From positions 1 to 57,191 of the forward strand of contig JBFMBU010000115.1 of assembly GCA_040755035.1 (NCBI GenBank): a stretch of DNA of 57,191 nt. Direction: 5' to 3'. The notes beneath the pieces were generated by a model, which did not search any database, was not told the DNA's origin, and saw only the letters and a list, made by a program, of their open reading frames with translations. Origin of the DNA: Thermodesulfobacteriota bacterium (GTDB taxonomy: Bacteria > Desulfobacterota > RBG-13-43-22). The translations under genes were made by a program, and so were the position numbers. The stretch's first letter is position 1. Each line of letters opens with the position of its first letter. This document shows positions 47,161 through 55,562 of the stretch, one piece after another.

Positions 47161-47249
47161 TGGAAGTCATGAGGAGTGAAAAAGGTGTGCAACGATATGA
47201 AAATATTTGATATTGTTTATAACAGGGAAAGGATGGAGCAGCAGTTAAT

Positions 47250-47293
47250 GGTCGAAAAAGGTCGACATTGCGTCTTTAGGTCGATATGTCGTC
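47250..47293. promoter_or_regulatory. Putative UAS overlapping the activator's 3' end
   Basis: GGTCGA at 47250, 47260 and 47279; repeats GGTCGACATTGCGTC and GGTCGATATGTCGTC. An IHF-like TATCAAATATTTT (minus strand, 47200-47212) lies between the UAS and the promoter. Confidence 0.5.
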
Positions 47294-49855
47294 TTTTTTA
47301 GTACGGATGCGGCGGGAAGGGATGCCCAATTTTTCCATTTTGCTGTAGAGGGTTGAAGGTTTCAGCTTTAGAATTTCAGCGGCGCCGTTGGTCCCTTTAA
47401 TTCGCCAGCCTGTTTTTTCCAGCACGCTCAGGATAAGCTGTTTTTCGTTTTCTTCCAGGCTTGGCAGGCGGGATGAAGCTTCGATGAGCTTGTTTTGCAT
47501 TTCCAAATGCAGAGTCTCCCCCCGGCTGAGGATGACCGCATGCTCGATAACGTTCTTAAGTTCTCTGATATTCCCGGGCCAGTCGTACTGCTGCAACAGG
47601 GTCATAACCTTTTTGGAGACCGATTGAACCTTCCTGCCCATCTGTTTGTTAAAGTCTTTAATAAAAACCTGGACCAGAAGAGGAATATCTTCCGGCCTTT
47701 TCCTCAGGGGCGGTACCTCGATGGGAAATACGTTGAGCCGATAGTACAGGTCTTGGCGGAAATTGCCTTTTTTCTCTTCTTCCGCCAGGTTACGGTTGGT
47801 GGCGGCAATTACCCTGACATCGACTTTTATCGTTTTGGAGCTTCCGAGCCTTTCAAATTCCCCCGACTCCAGAAAATGCAACAACTTGGCCTGAACCTCT
47901 GGCGGCAACTCACCGATCTCATCAAGAAAAAGGGTGGAGCCATCCGCCATCTCAAAGCGGCCGGATTCCCGGGACAGGGCCCCGGTGTAGGCACCCTTTT
48001 CCCGTCCGAACAGTTCGCTTTCAATCAAGGTCGGCGGCAGAGCACCGCAATTGACCCTTACCATCACCCGGTCTCGGCGTTGGCTCTGATTATGAATAAA
48101 ACGGGCGAGCAGTTCCTTGCCGGTACCTGTTTCACCGCTGATGAGGACCGTGCTGTCTGTCCGGGCGACCTGTTCCGCTATGCTGAGGACCTGCTGTATA
48201 GGTGCGCTTTTCCCGACGATCGTCTCCTGGGGAAAGGCGAGCACGATCTCATCCTTTAAATAGACATTTTCTTTCTCAAGTTGTTGTTTAAGATTTTCTA
48301 TTTCCCGGAGTTTGTTTTGCAGTTCCTCTTCCATGAGCTTGCGGAGGGTGATGTCTATGGATACCCCCATCAGGCGGTCAGGAGTTCCCGACTCGTTGAG
48401 GTGAAGGTGACTTTGTGAAACAATCCATCTTATATTGCCATCCCTTCGAATAATGCGGTACTCGGCGTCTCCCTCCTCCTTCGACTCGGCCATCGCTTCA
48501 ACTTTCCGCCGAACCTTCTCCCGGTCATCAGGATGGACGATCTGCAGAAGGCGGTCAAAAATCACCTCCTCATCCGGTGGCAGGTCATACAACTCCCTGG
48601 TTTTCTCGGTTAGCCAGTAGCTTTTATCGTCAAGATTCAAGCTCCAGAGCCCGGCGCCGGCCGAATCCGCGGCCATGCTCAAACGCTGCTCACTTTCCAA
48701 AAGTGAACGTTCGGCTTTGCGGCGCTTCAGGAAATTAAGAAAAAGCGCCAAAACCAGAAAAGTCTCTACAACGATCAAAGTGATTGCACCTACGATGCCC
48801 GAACGGTGCGCTTCCCAGAACGAAGGCAGGCGAAACCGTATTTCAGAGCCGGCCTTGACCGCCCTTTCAGGGATAGCCCAGCGTCTGAGCTCCCTCCAAT
48901 CATAGGCCGAGAGGTAGGCCCCCTCTCCGCCGAAGGGAATGGATCCTGGCGACTGTCCCTGCATTACCCGTATGGCCATAGCCGCCGCCTCTTGGCCATG
49001 CTCCGTAAAGCTCAGCAGGTAACCGCCAACGATGCCATGACCCAGGTAGGTCTCCTGAACGCCGAAAACCGGGACGTTTGAGGCTTTGGCGATTCGTGAA
49101 AGGGCCTCGCGAGGAGAAAATATTTTCCCAGCCCCGTCTTTGAAAATACTTGAATAAAAAACGAGCGTGTCTTTGGGAAGCGAAGAGACCCGTGACAGGG
49201 TTTCTTCCAGGGACAGTTTGGTCAGATCGATCACCTCAATTTTATCGGCATAGAGCGCAAGACCTTTCCGGTATCCTTGTTCGGCGTAAAGGTCGTTTTC
49301 TGATGTCCCTCCCACCAGGGCGACGCGTTTCGTCTGCGGTTTAAGGAGAAGCGCTTCGTCCATCAGTTTGGTGAGTTTCTCTCCCACGATCGTGCCGGTC
49401 ACAAAAGAGCGCGCCGCTAAGCTTTCCAGGTGCTGGGCATATCCCCTGGTGATGGCCGCAGCGATGACCGGGACCTTGGGGAAAAGGGAACGTCTTTCTG
49501 CCAGCAGGAAACTGACGGCCCTTGGATAGACGGCAATAATGGTGTCCATCCCCTTGCCGGAGTACTTACGGCCAAGGAAATCGGATAGGGCGGTGTCGTA
49601 GGCAGGGGTCCCAAACCGGGAGACATCCAGGTATTCAACGAATAATTGGATGTCGAAGTGCCGGCTATCCCGAAGGACTTCCCGGATCCCCTGCTCGGTC
49701 AATTGTTGGCCGGCGTTATCCATCCCCTCGCTGTGAAGGATCAGAACCCTTTTTACTTCTCTCTGCCCTGCGGCAGGCAATGCCTGACAAAGCAGAACCA
49801 ATAGAAGGACCGGGAAGACAAACCCAGAGATCCATTTCATCTCAGTTGCTTTCAT
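47276..49855 (-). CDS. Membrane-anchored sigma54 activator: periplasmic ABC-substrate-binding-like sensor, TM, PAS, FhlA-like AAA+ and HTH
   Basis: Signal peptide, TM GIVGAITLIVVETFLVLALFL, PAS (VHPDDRE), GETGTGKE, ESELFGREKGAYTGA, WPGNIRELKN and GAAEILKLKPSTL. Confidence 0.93.
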   Translation of the reverse strand: MKATEMKWISGFVFPVLLLVLLCQALPAAGQREVKRVLILHSEGMDNAGQQLTEQGIREVLRDSRHFDIQLFVEYLDVSRFGTPAYDTALSDFLGRKYSGKGMDTIIAVYPRAVSFLLAERRSLFPKVPVIAAAITRGYAQHLESLAARSFVTGTIVGEKLTKLMDEALLLKPQTKRVALVGGTSENDLYAEQGYRKGLALYADKIEVIDLTKLSLEETLSRVSSLPKDTLVFYSSIFKDGAGKIFSPREALSRIAKASNVPVFGVQETYLGHGIVGGYLLSFTEHGQEAAAMAIRVMQGQSPGSIPFGGEGAYLSAYDWRELRRWAIPERAVKAGSEIRFRLPSFWEAHRSGIVGAITLIVVETFLVLALFLNFLKRRKAERSLLESEQRLSMAADSAGAGLWSLNLDDKSYWLTEKTRELYDLPPDEEVIFDRLLQIVHPDDREKVRRKVEAMAESKEEGDAEYRIIRRDGNIRWIVSQSHLHLNESGTPDRLMGVSIDITLRKLMEEELQNKLREIENLKQQLEKENVYLKDEIVLAFPQETIVGKSAPIQQVLSIAEQVARTDSTVLISGETGTGKELLARFIHNQSQRRDRVMVRVNCGALPPTLIESELFGREKGAYTGALSRESGRFEMADGSTLFLDEIGELPPEVQAKLLHFLESGEFERLGSSKTIKVDVRVIAATNRNLAEEEKKGNFRQDLYYRLNVFPIEVPPLRKRPEDIPLLVQVFIKDFNKQMGRKVQSVSKKVMTLLQQYDWPGNIRELKNVIEHAVILSRGETLHLEMQNKLIEASSRLPSLEENEKQLILSVLEKTGWRIKGTNGAAEILKLKPSTLYSKMEKLGIPSRRIRTKKDDIST

Positions 49856-49970
49856 TGTTGTGAGAGACAGGCTTCCAGAATCTCAAAACCCTTTTTTTAT
49901 TTTCTTTTTCAACCAAACTTTTATATTAATCGATAACGGACCATTCAGCAACCCTAATGTAGTAGGGAAT

Positions 49971-51043
49971 GGGGACGCTGGTACAAAAACAACTTGACAA
50001 AAGGGGAGAGATGTAAGAATAAAAGCAAATGCCAAGACAAGCCAGATTAGACGCCCCCGGGACCTTACATCACATCATGGGTCGAGGGATCGAGGGTGGA
50101 AATATTTTCCGAAACCAGCGAGACCGGAGAGATTTTGTAGAACGACTGGCCGCTCTTTGTAGCGTTGGAAGTATCGAGGTCTATGCATGGGCTTTGATGC
50201 CCAACCATTTTCATTTATTGGCTCGAACAAAGGGGCGCTCCCTCTCTGATAATATGCGGAAACTCCTAACTGGGTATGTGGTAAACTTTAATAAACGGCA
50301 CAAAAGGATTGGACATCTTTTCCAAAATCGATATAGGTCTATTGTCTGTGAAGATGACCCTTATCTGTTAGAGTTGACTCGATATATCCATCTTAACCCC
50401 TTGAGGGCCAAATTGGTAAAAAACCTTGAAGAGCTACGAGACTATCCGTGGTCTGGACATTTATATCTTATGAAAAACGGGGTTGATGACTGGCAGGATA
50501 CCGAGGCCGTTTTAACCTATTTTAGCCGTGACAGAAAAAAAGCCGTAAAAAAATATGAATCCTTTCTTGCAGATGGGGTAGCCAGAGGAAAAAGACCGGA
50601 ATTAACTGGAGGAGGACTGGTCAGAAGTATGGGGGGATGGTTTGAAGTAATCTCCCAAAGGCATAAAGGGGAAGGGACGTTAGGGGATCAGAGGGTCCTA
50701 GGGAGTGGGGAGTACATACAAATCCTTTATTCGGAAGCCGATCGAAAACAAAAGGAAACGATGCGCCTCTTATCTCGGAGAGTGAATCTGGATAAGCTTT
50801 CAAAGCAGTTGTGTGTGAGAGAAGGGGTGCGGGAGGAGGAGTTGCTAAATGGAAAAAGAAGGCCGAAAGTGGTCAAAGTCCGAAAACTGTTTTGCCAACT
50901 GGCCGTAAATAGAATGAGTTATTGCGGGGCTGAGGTGGCCCGATTCTTGGGTATAAGCACCTCGGCTACTAACCGGATGGCAGCGTCCAGGGAATTGCCT
51001 GATTTTGAGGAAATTAGTAAGTTGTTTTAGTACCAGCGTCCCC
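49971..51043 (+). mobile_element. Y1 (HUH) transposase element bounded by 25-bp inverted repeats
   Basis: Left GGGGACGCTGGTACAAAAACAACTT (49971-49995); the reverse complement of 51019-51043 is GGGGACGCTGGTACTAAAACAACTT, a 24/25 match. Confidence 0.75.
50029..51030 (+). CDS. RAYT/IS200-like Y1 tyrosine transposase with C-terminal DnaA-C-like HTH
   Basis: MPRQAR, HHIMGRG, LMPNHFHLL (HUH), GHLFQNRY, RYIHLNP (catalytic Tyr), YPWS and C-terminal GAEVARFLGIS. The DNA is more A-rich than its neighbours. Confidence 0.92.
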   Translation: MPRQARLDAPGTLHHIMGRGIEGGNIFRNQRDRRDFVERLAALCSVGSIEVYAWALMPNHFHLLARTKGRSLSDNMRKLLTGYVVNFNKRHKRIGHLFQNRYRSIVCEDDPYLLELTRYIHLNPLRAKLVKNLEELRDYPWSGHLYLMKNGVDDWQDTEAVLTYFSRDRKKAVKKYESFLADGVARGKRPELTGGGLVRSMGGWFEVISQRHKGEGTLGDQRVLGSGEYIQILYSEADRKQKETMRLLSRRVNLDKLSKQLCVREGVREEELLNGKRRPKVVKVRKLFCQLAVNRMSYCGAEVARFLGISTSATNRMAASRELPDFEEISKLF

Positions 51044-51094
51044 TACTTCTGACGCCTTTGTGTTGGGCTTACCAGATATCGGAAAGGAAAAAAT

Positions 51095-51940
51095 ATGCAT
51101 ATCGGAGTTTGCCTGAGCGGAATCGACCATGACCGTTACACCAGGAGCCAGGTGAGGGAGAAGGCCCTGGAGTTGAGCCGACGGTTTCATCTGGACAGCG
51201 TCGAAATGGTTATCGAAGGGATCGGCCGGCGTTTTGCCCCTTATCCCTGGGAATGGCAGGAGGAGGAATTCAGGGAAGTGAAGGCCTTTTTAAGTCAGTT
51301 TTCCCACTCGGGGGTTCACCTGCCCTTCTTCGGGATGAATGTGATCTGTGTCAATGAAAGGGTCCGGGAGGAGGCTATGGATCAAATGCGCCTGGCCATA
51401 GAGGTAGCCAAACGGTTGGAGGTGGATTATGCCGTGGTTCACGCCACCGGGACGACGGAGGGTCTGATGACCGACCGGGAGCCTCAGAGGCAGTACAAGG
51501 CCTTTACCCGCATGCTGGAATGGTGTAAAGACAGCCAGCTGGTCCTCTCTATTGAAAACGCCCAAAATCTCCATCGAATCGAAGACTGTGCGGCTATGGT
51601 TCGCCGTCTAAAAAACGAAGACGGCTTTCCTGCGGCTATGACCTTCGATACCGGCCATGCCAATCATCCCAAAGACGGAAAAAGCATCCCCTTCAAACCC
51701 TTTGGGACTATTTCTGGTGCTCTGGAGCATTGTTTTGATATCATAAACAATATTCACTTACACAACAATGACGGAACTGCCGATCAGCACCGGGGCCTTT
51801 GGGACGGATCTGCGGATTTAAAGGAGTGTATCGGCCGCTTGGTGGACCTCGGTTTTCAGGGGTCGATCTCCCTGGAGGTAAGGCCTCAACCCATGGAACT
51901 GGACCGGGAAATCGAGACCTTGCTGGAGTGGGTGGGGTAG
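51095..51940 (+). CDS. Sugar phosphate isomerase/epimerase (AP endonuclease 2-type TIM barrel)
   Basis: VHLPF, SIEN, TFDTGHA, HLHNNDGTADQH and ISLE metal ligands. Confidence 0.88.
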   Translation: MHIGVCLSGIDHDRYTRSQVREKALELSRRFHLDSVEMVIEGIGRRFAPYPWEWQEEEFREVKAFLSQFSHSGVHLPFFGMNVICVNERVREEAMDQMRLAIEVAKRLEVDYAVVHATGTTEGLMTDREPQRQYKAFTRMLEWCKDSQLVLSIENAQNLHRIEDCAAMVRRLKNEDGFPAAMTFDTGHANHPKDGKSIPFKPFGTISGALEHCFDIINNIHLHNNDGTADQHRGLWDGSADLKECIGRLVDLGFQGSISLEVRPQPMELDREIETLLEWVG

Positions 51941-51956
51941 GGGGGTGTTCGAGCCT

Positions 51957-52502
51957 TTATTCTTTTTCCAAAAGGTAGAGTATAAGAAAAGTTAAAGGAA
52001 TTTCCCGAATCCTGGAAAAACCGACCGTTTCAGCCAGGTGATGGAGTTGCCCGGAGGGGATGCGGTGGGAGAGGGGAGGGCCATAGCCTCCTTCCTTATA
52101 GGGCCATTCCAAGACCGCTATCCGTTTAAGGCAAACCCGGGCTGATTCCTGCAGTGTGGAAAGATGACGGTCCGATTCATGGAGGACCAGTCCCAAAAAG
52201 ACCAGGTCGAAGGTATGATCCGCAAAGGGCAGTTTTTCTGAAGAGGCCAATTGAAAAGCAGCTCCGGGGACATATTTCCTGGCAGCCTCCAGCATCGGTT
52301 CCTGGATATCCACGCCGGTCACCTTAAGACCTCGACCGGCAAAACCCTCGGCAAAAATGCCGCTGCCGGTCCCGACATCGAGAACCGCATGAGCCGTTAT
52401 CCCTTGCAGACAAAGATCGACGACTTTTTCCGTTTCCAGAAAGGCCAGCCGGGCAGGGTCGCGAAGTTTTTCTATTTTTCGGTATATTTTATCGTCGGTC
52501 AT
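51957..52502 (-). CDS. Class I SAM-dependent methyltransferase
   Basis: VLDVGTGSG, GVD, LPFADHTFDLV, LHE and GPPLSHR. Confidence 0.9.
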   Translation of the reverse strand: MTDDKIYRKIEKLRDPARLAFLETEKVVDLCLQGITAHAVLDVGTGSGIFAEGFAGRGLKVTGVDIQEPMLEAARKYVPGAAFQLASSEKLPFADHTFDLVFLGLVLHESDRHLSTLQESARVCLKRIAVLEWPYKEGGYGPPLSHRIPSGQLHHLAETVGFSRIREIPLTFLILYLLEKE

Positions 52503-52576
52503 CCTTTATGCTCCCAGTTTCTTTTTTCTTTTTTCCTTCGACCTGCGGTTTTAATCTTCTCTGACGGAGACAGGCT

Positions 52577-52785
52577 TTAAGGACTCAAGGGTTGTTTGTT
52601 TCGGGAAGCGGCCGTAAAGATAGTAAAAGTCCCGCTGGCGGTGGCGATCAAACGGTTCCGGGAATCTTTGACCACCGATTCCAGAAAGGCAATACTTTTC
52701 CCCTTTCCATTTCGGTGAAAGGCAACCCGATCAGATCACAAAAACGACGGACGGGGTGAACGTTCGCTTCTTTTTTTTCGGTCAT
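52577..52785 (-). pseudogene. Collapsed PaaI-family (hot-dog fold) thioesterase remnant
   Basis: MTEKKEANVHPVRRFCDLIGLPFTEMERG is joined out of frame at GGGGAAAAG to GKSIAFLESVVKDSRNRLIATASGTFTIF. The central HGG active-site region is absent. Confidence 0.7.
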
Positions 52786-52900
52786 CGTCTGATCCTCTGG
52801 CACTGGATCCGTTTCATTTTTCCCCCTTGCCTAAACCTTTTTCTGTTGTTATATTATAAAACAGTTATAGCAAAGGCAAATCAAAAAAAAGGATTAAGGT

Positions 52901-53203
52901 ATGACCCTTTCCATAGCCAAAGACGCCTGGGTTTACGCAGTAATCAGCCATCCGGGGGAAAACGAGAAGCTTACCGGTTTTCATGACCAAAAGGGAACGA
53001 CTTTTATTCCGATTTTAAAGACGAAAAATGAAGGGGAAGGATTTTTGGGTTATATGCCCCGAGAACCGGGGATACGGTATGAAGTACAGGCGATTATCTT
53101 CGAAGATGTGGTCAAGTATGCCGGGGAAAACGGGTGCATGGTATATCTGGTAAACGAAAAAGGTGAAATTCTGGAAGAAGGGTCTCCCGAAGCGGTCCAA
53201 TAA
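52901..53203 (+). CDS. Hypothetical protein
   Basis: 100-aa ORF with a TAAGG/AAGGA RBS and FIPIL..EVQAI pattern. No function recognised. Confidence 0.7.
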   Translation: MTLSIAKDAWVYAVISHPGENEKLTGFHDQKGTTFIPILKTKNEGEGFLGYMPREPGIRYEVQAIIFEDVVKYAGENGCMVYLVNEKGEILEEGSPEAVQ

Positions 53204-53299
53204 CCATTGGAAAGCCTATTACGCTCCGGCCATATCCTTTACTACACCTACTACACCAGAATTTTTTTAAGATAGTTCCAAATGGAGGAAGGAGAAAAA

Positions 53300-53515
53300 A
53301 TGAAGATAGAAAAATGGTTGTTAGTGGGAACGATCGTGCTGGCCTTGGGCTTATCAGCCTGCGGTGGGGCCGATGTTCAGACAAAAACCTACTCCACCAC
53401 ACTGGGGCAGGAATTGAAGGACCTCCAAGAGGCCTATAAAAAGGGGATTATCACCAAGGACGAATATGAAAAAACCAAAGAAAAGCTGATCGAAAAAAGG
53501 ACGGAAGAAGATTAA
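53300..53515 (+). CDS. Small SHOCT-domain lipoprotein
   Basis: AGGAG RBS, lipobox LSAC, and the TLGQELKDLQEAYKKGIITKDEYEKTKEKL SHOCT pattern. Confidence 0.85.
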   Translation: MKIEKWLLVGTIVLALGLSACGGADVQTKTYSTTLGQELKDLQEAYKKGIITKDEYEKTKEKLIEKRTEED

Positions 53516-53601
53516 ATCAAATGGTTTTCATCCGGAAAAGAACTTTCCGGATGAAAACTAAATTAAAAGATTCCGAAGCTGCCACCCTCAAATTGCCGGT
53601 C

Positions 53602-54036
53602 TTAAAAGGTTCCCAATTGGCAGGAGGAGATTTTTATCTTCAGGGTCTCACAGGCCGAGGCCACCTCTTTCTTGGGGAGTTTAAATTTTTTAGCTATTTC
53701 CCAGGCCGTAGCACAGGGCAGTTTTTCCTTGACCAAGGCCCCTTCGATGGCTGATTTCAAAGTGGGAGAAACGGTTTCTGCCGCCTTGATCCCTTTCCGA
53801 CCGGGGCCATAGCCGAAGAGCCCGAGCTGGCATTGAATAATTGGGATTTCCAGTAGGTCAATGGTTACCCCCACTTCACGGGCCTGGATTTTTAATTTTC
53901 TGGCTGTTTTAAAGGCGTCGGCGCAGGAAATTTTTCCACTTCCACCGGCCTCCTTGACCGCCTCGGCGATTGAAGGGGCCGGTTTTTGTCCCGGCCCGTA
54001 TTTTTTGGAATACCCTCCTCGATCTTGATGGGTCAT
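53602..54036 (-). CDS. Hypothetical protein with an internally duplicated Cys-containing domain
   Basis: Two copies of (I/L)xCAxA..A.KL.....V......L.I.I..CQLG(L/T)F. GGAGG RBS. Confidence 0.8.
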   Translation of the reverse strand: MTHQDRGGYSKKYGPGQKPAPSIAEAVKEAGGSGKISCADAFKTARKLKIQAREVGVTIDLLEIPIIQCQLGLFGYGPGRKGIKAAETVSPTLKSAIEGALVKEKLPCATAWEIAKKFKLPKKEVASACETLKIKISSCQLGTF

Positions 54037-54056
54037 GAATTACCTCCCGAAAAGGG

Positions 54057-54091
54057 AAAAAGGGTAAGCCGGAAAAGACTTACCCCTTTTT
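54057..54091. terminator. Bidirectional-type intrinsic terminator downstream of the small secreted peptide
   Basis: A5-GGGTAAG...CTTACCC-C-T5. Confidence 0.7.
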
Positions 54092-54127
54092 CATTGGTTA
54101 TAAAGTTCGCCGGAAAATTTTTCGGTT

Positions 54128-54283
54128 TTATCTTCCGGTTTGCGGCTGGGCCACTGTTCCCTGGCCGGTGCTGCCGGTATTCGTGGACCCACTCCCAGTG
54201 GTTCCCTGGTTCTGGTCTCCCCCCGCAAAAGCCACACCGACTGTTAACATCAAAACCAAAAGAGCCGATACTACTATTTTCAT
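54128..54283 (-). CDS. 51-aa secreted Gly/Thr/Gln-rich peptide (missed by the ORF track)
   Basis: GGAGGTGAGG RBS. Sequence MKIVVSALLVLMLTVGVAFA-GGDQNQGTTGSGSTNTGSTGQGTVAQPQTGR, followed by its own terminator. Confidence 0.75.
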   Translation of the reverse strand: MKIVVSALLVLMLTVGVAFAGGDQNQGTTGSGSTNTGSTGQGTVAQPQTGR

Positions 54284-54356
54284 TACCTCACCTCCATTCA
54301 GTATGGAATGGTATTTTAAGCTTCTAACTTCTCTTTGTCAAAGGGAAATTCCTTTT

Positions 54357-55562
54357 TTATTCATAACGCAAGGCCTCGATGGGGTCCATGCGGGCCGCCT
54401 TCAGGGCCGGGAAATAACCGAAGACCAGACCGACCGAGACGGAAAACAGCAAGGCGACGACTACAATACCGGCATTAAAAACAAAGGGGACATTCAGGGC
54501 TCCGGCCAGCCAGAAAGAACCGGCAAGGGCGAGGAGGACCCCGATGATACCCCCCAGCGTGGAAAGGACCACAGCCTCCACTAAAAATTGCAACAGCACT
54601 TCCCGTTCCAGAGCACCGATGGCCAGGCGGATACCGATCTCCCGGGTCCGCTCCGTCACCGAAACCAACATGATGTTCATGATCCCGATGCCCCCCACCA
54701 ACAGACTGACCGCAGCCACGGCCCCCAGCAGGGCGGTCAGGACCCGGGTGGTACTGGAAAGCATATTGGCGATTTCTTTCATATCCATGACGTTAAAATC
54801 ATCATCCTTATTGGCGGCGATATGGCGACGTTCCCGCATCAACCGTTCGACATCAGCCTTGACCTGTTCGGTGGCCACGCCTTCCCGCACAGAAATACCG
54901 ATGATGGAAATATCCAGGTTCCCGGCAATGCGTCTTTGAAAAGTCCGGAGGGGGATGACCACCAAGTCATCCTGGTCCTGTCCCATGGAACTCTGCCCTT
55001 TGCTTTCCAGCAAGCCTATAACTTCACAGGATATTTTTTGCAGACGGATCTTGGCCCCGATGGGGTCCTGGGCCCCGAACAATTTTTTGCGCACCGTCTC
55101 CCCAATAACGCAGGAAGCGGCGCCGGCCCGGACTTCACTTTCGGAAAAAGAGCGTCCGCTTTTGATGACCCGGTTTCCCATCTTGAAAAATTGATTGTCC
55201 GAACCGGTGACATTGGTGGACCAGTTCTCATTACTGTAAATGGCGGTCATTGCCTTGGAGACGATGGGGGCCACGGCCACGGCCGAAGGGATCTGTCTGG
55301 TAATGGCTTCGGCGTCTTCGACCTTGAACAAGGGACTGGAAGAGGACATGCCCGGCCCCATACGTTTACCGGGAGTGACCATCAACAAATTGCTGCCCAG
55401 GCTGGCGATCTGCTGGGTCACCTGGGCCGTGGCCCCGTTGCCGATGGTGACCATGACAATAACCGCTGCCACGCCGATAACAATCCCCAGGATTGTTAAG
55501 AAAGACCGCAGCACGTTTCGGCGGATGGCCCGCAGGGATAAAAGAATCGTGTTCCAAATCAT
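54357..55562 (-). CDS. MacB/FtsX-family ABC transporter permease
   Basis: RSFLTILGIVIGVAAV, LGSN and SLLVGGIGIMNIMLVSVTERTREIGIRLAIGA. Confidence 0.95.
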   Translation of the reverse strand: MIWNTILLSLRAIRRNVLRSFLTILGIVIGVAAVIVMVTIGNGATAQVTQQIASLGSNLLMVTPGKRMGPGMSSSSPLFKVEDAEAITRQIPSAVAVAPIVSKAMTAIYSNENWSTNVTGSDNQFFKMGNRVIKSGRSFSESEVRAGAASCVIGETVRKKLFGAQDPIGAKIRLQKISCEVIGLLESKGQSSMGQDQDDLVVIPLRTFQRRIAGNLDISIIGISVREGVATEQVKADVERLMRERRHIAANKDDDFNVMDMKEIANMLSSTTRVLTALLGAVAAVSLLVGGIGIMNIMLVSVTERTREIGIRLAIGALEREVLLQFLVEAVVLSTLGGIIGVLLALAGSFWLAGALNVPFVFNAGIVVVALLFSVSVGLVFGYFPALKAARMDPIEALRYE

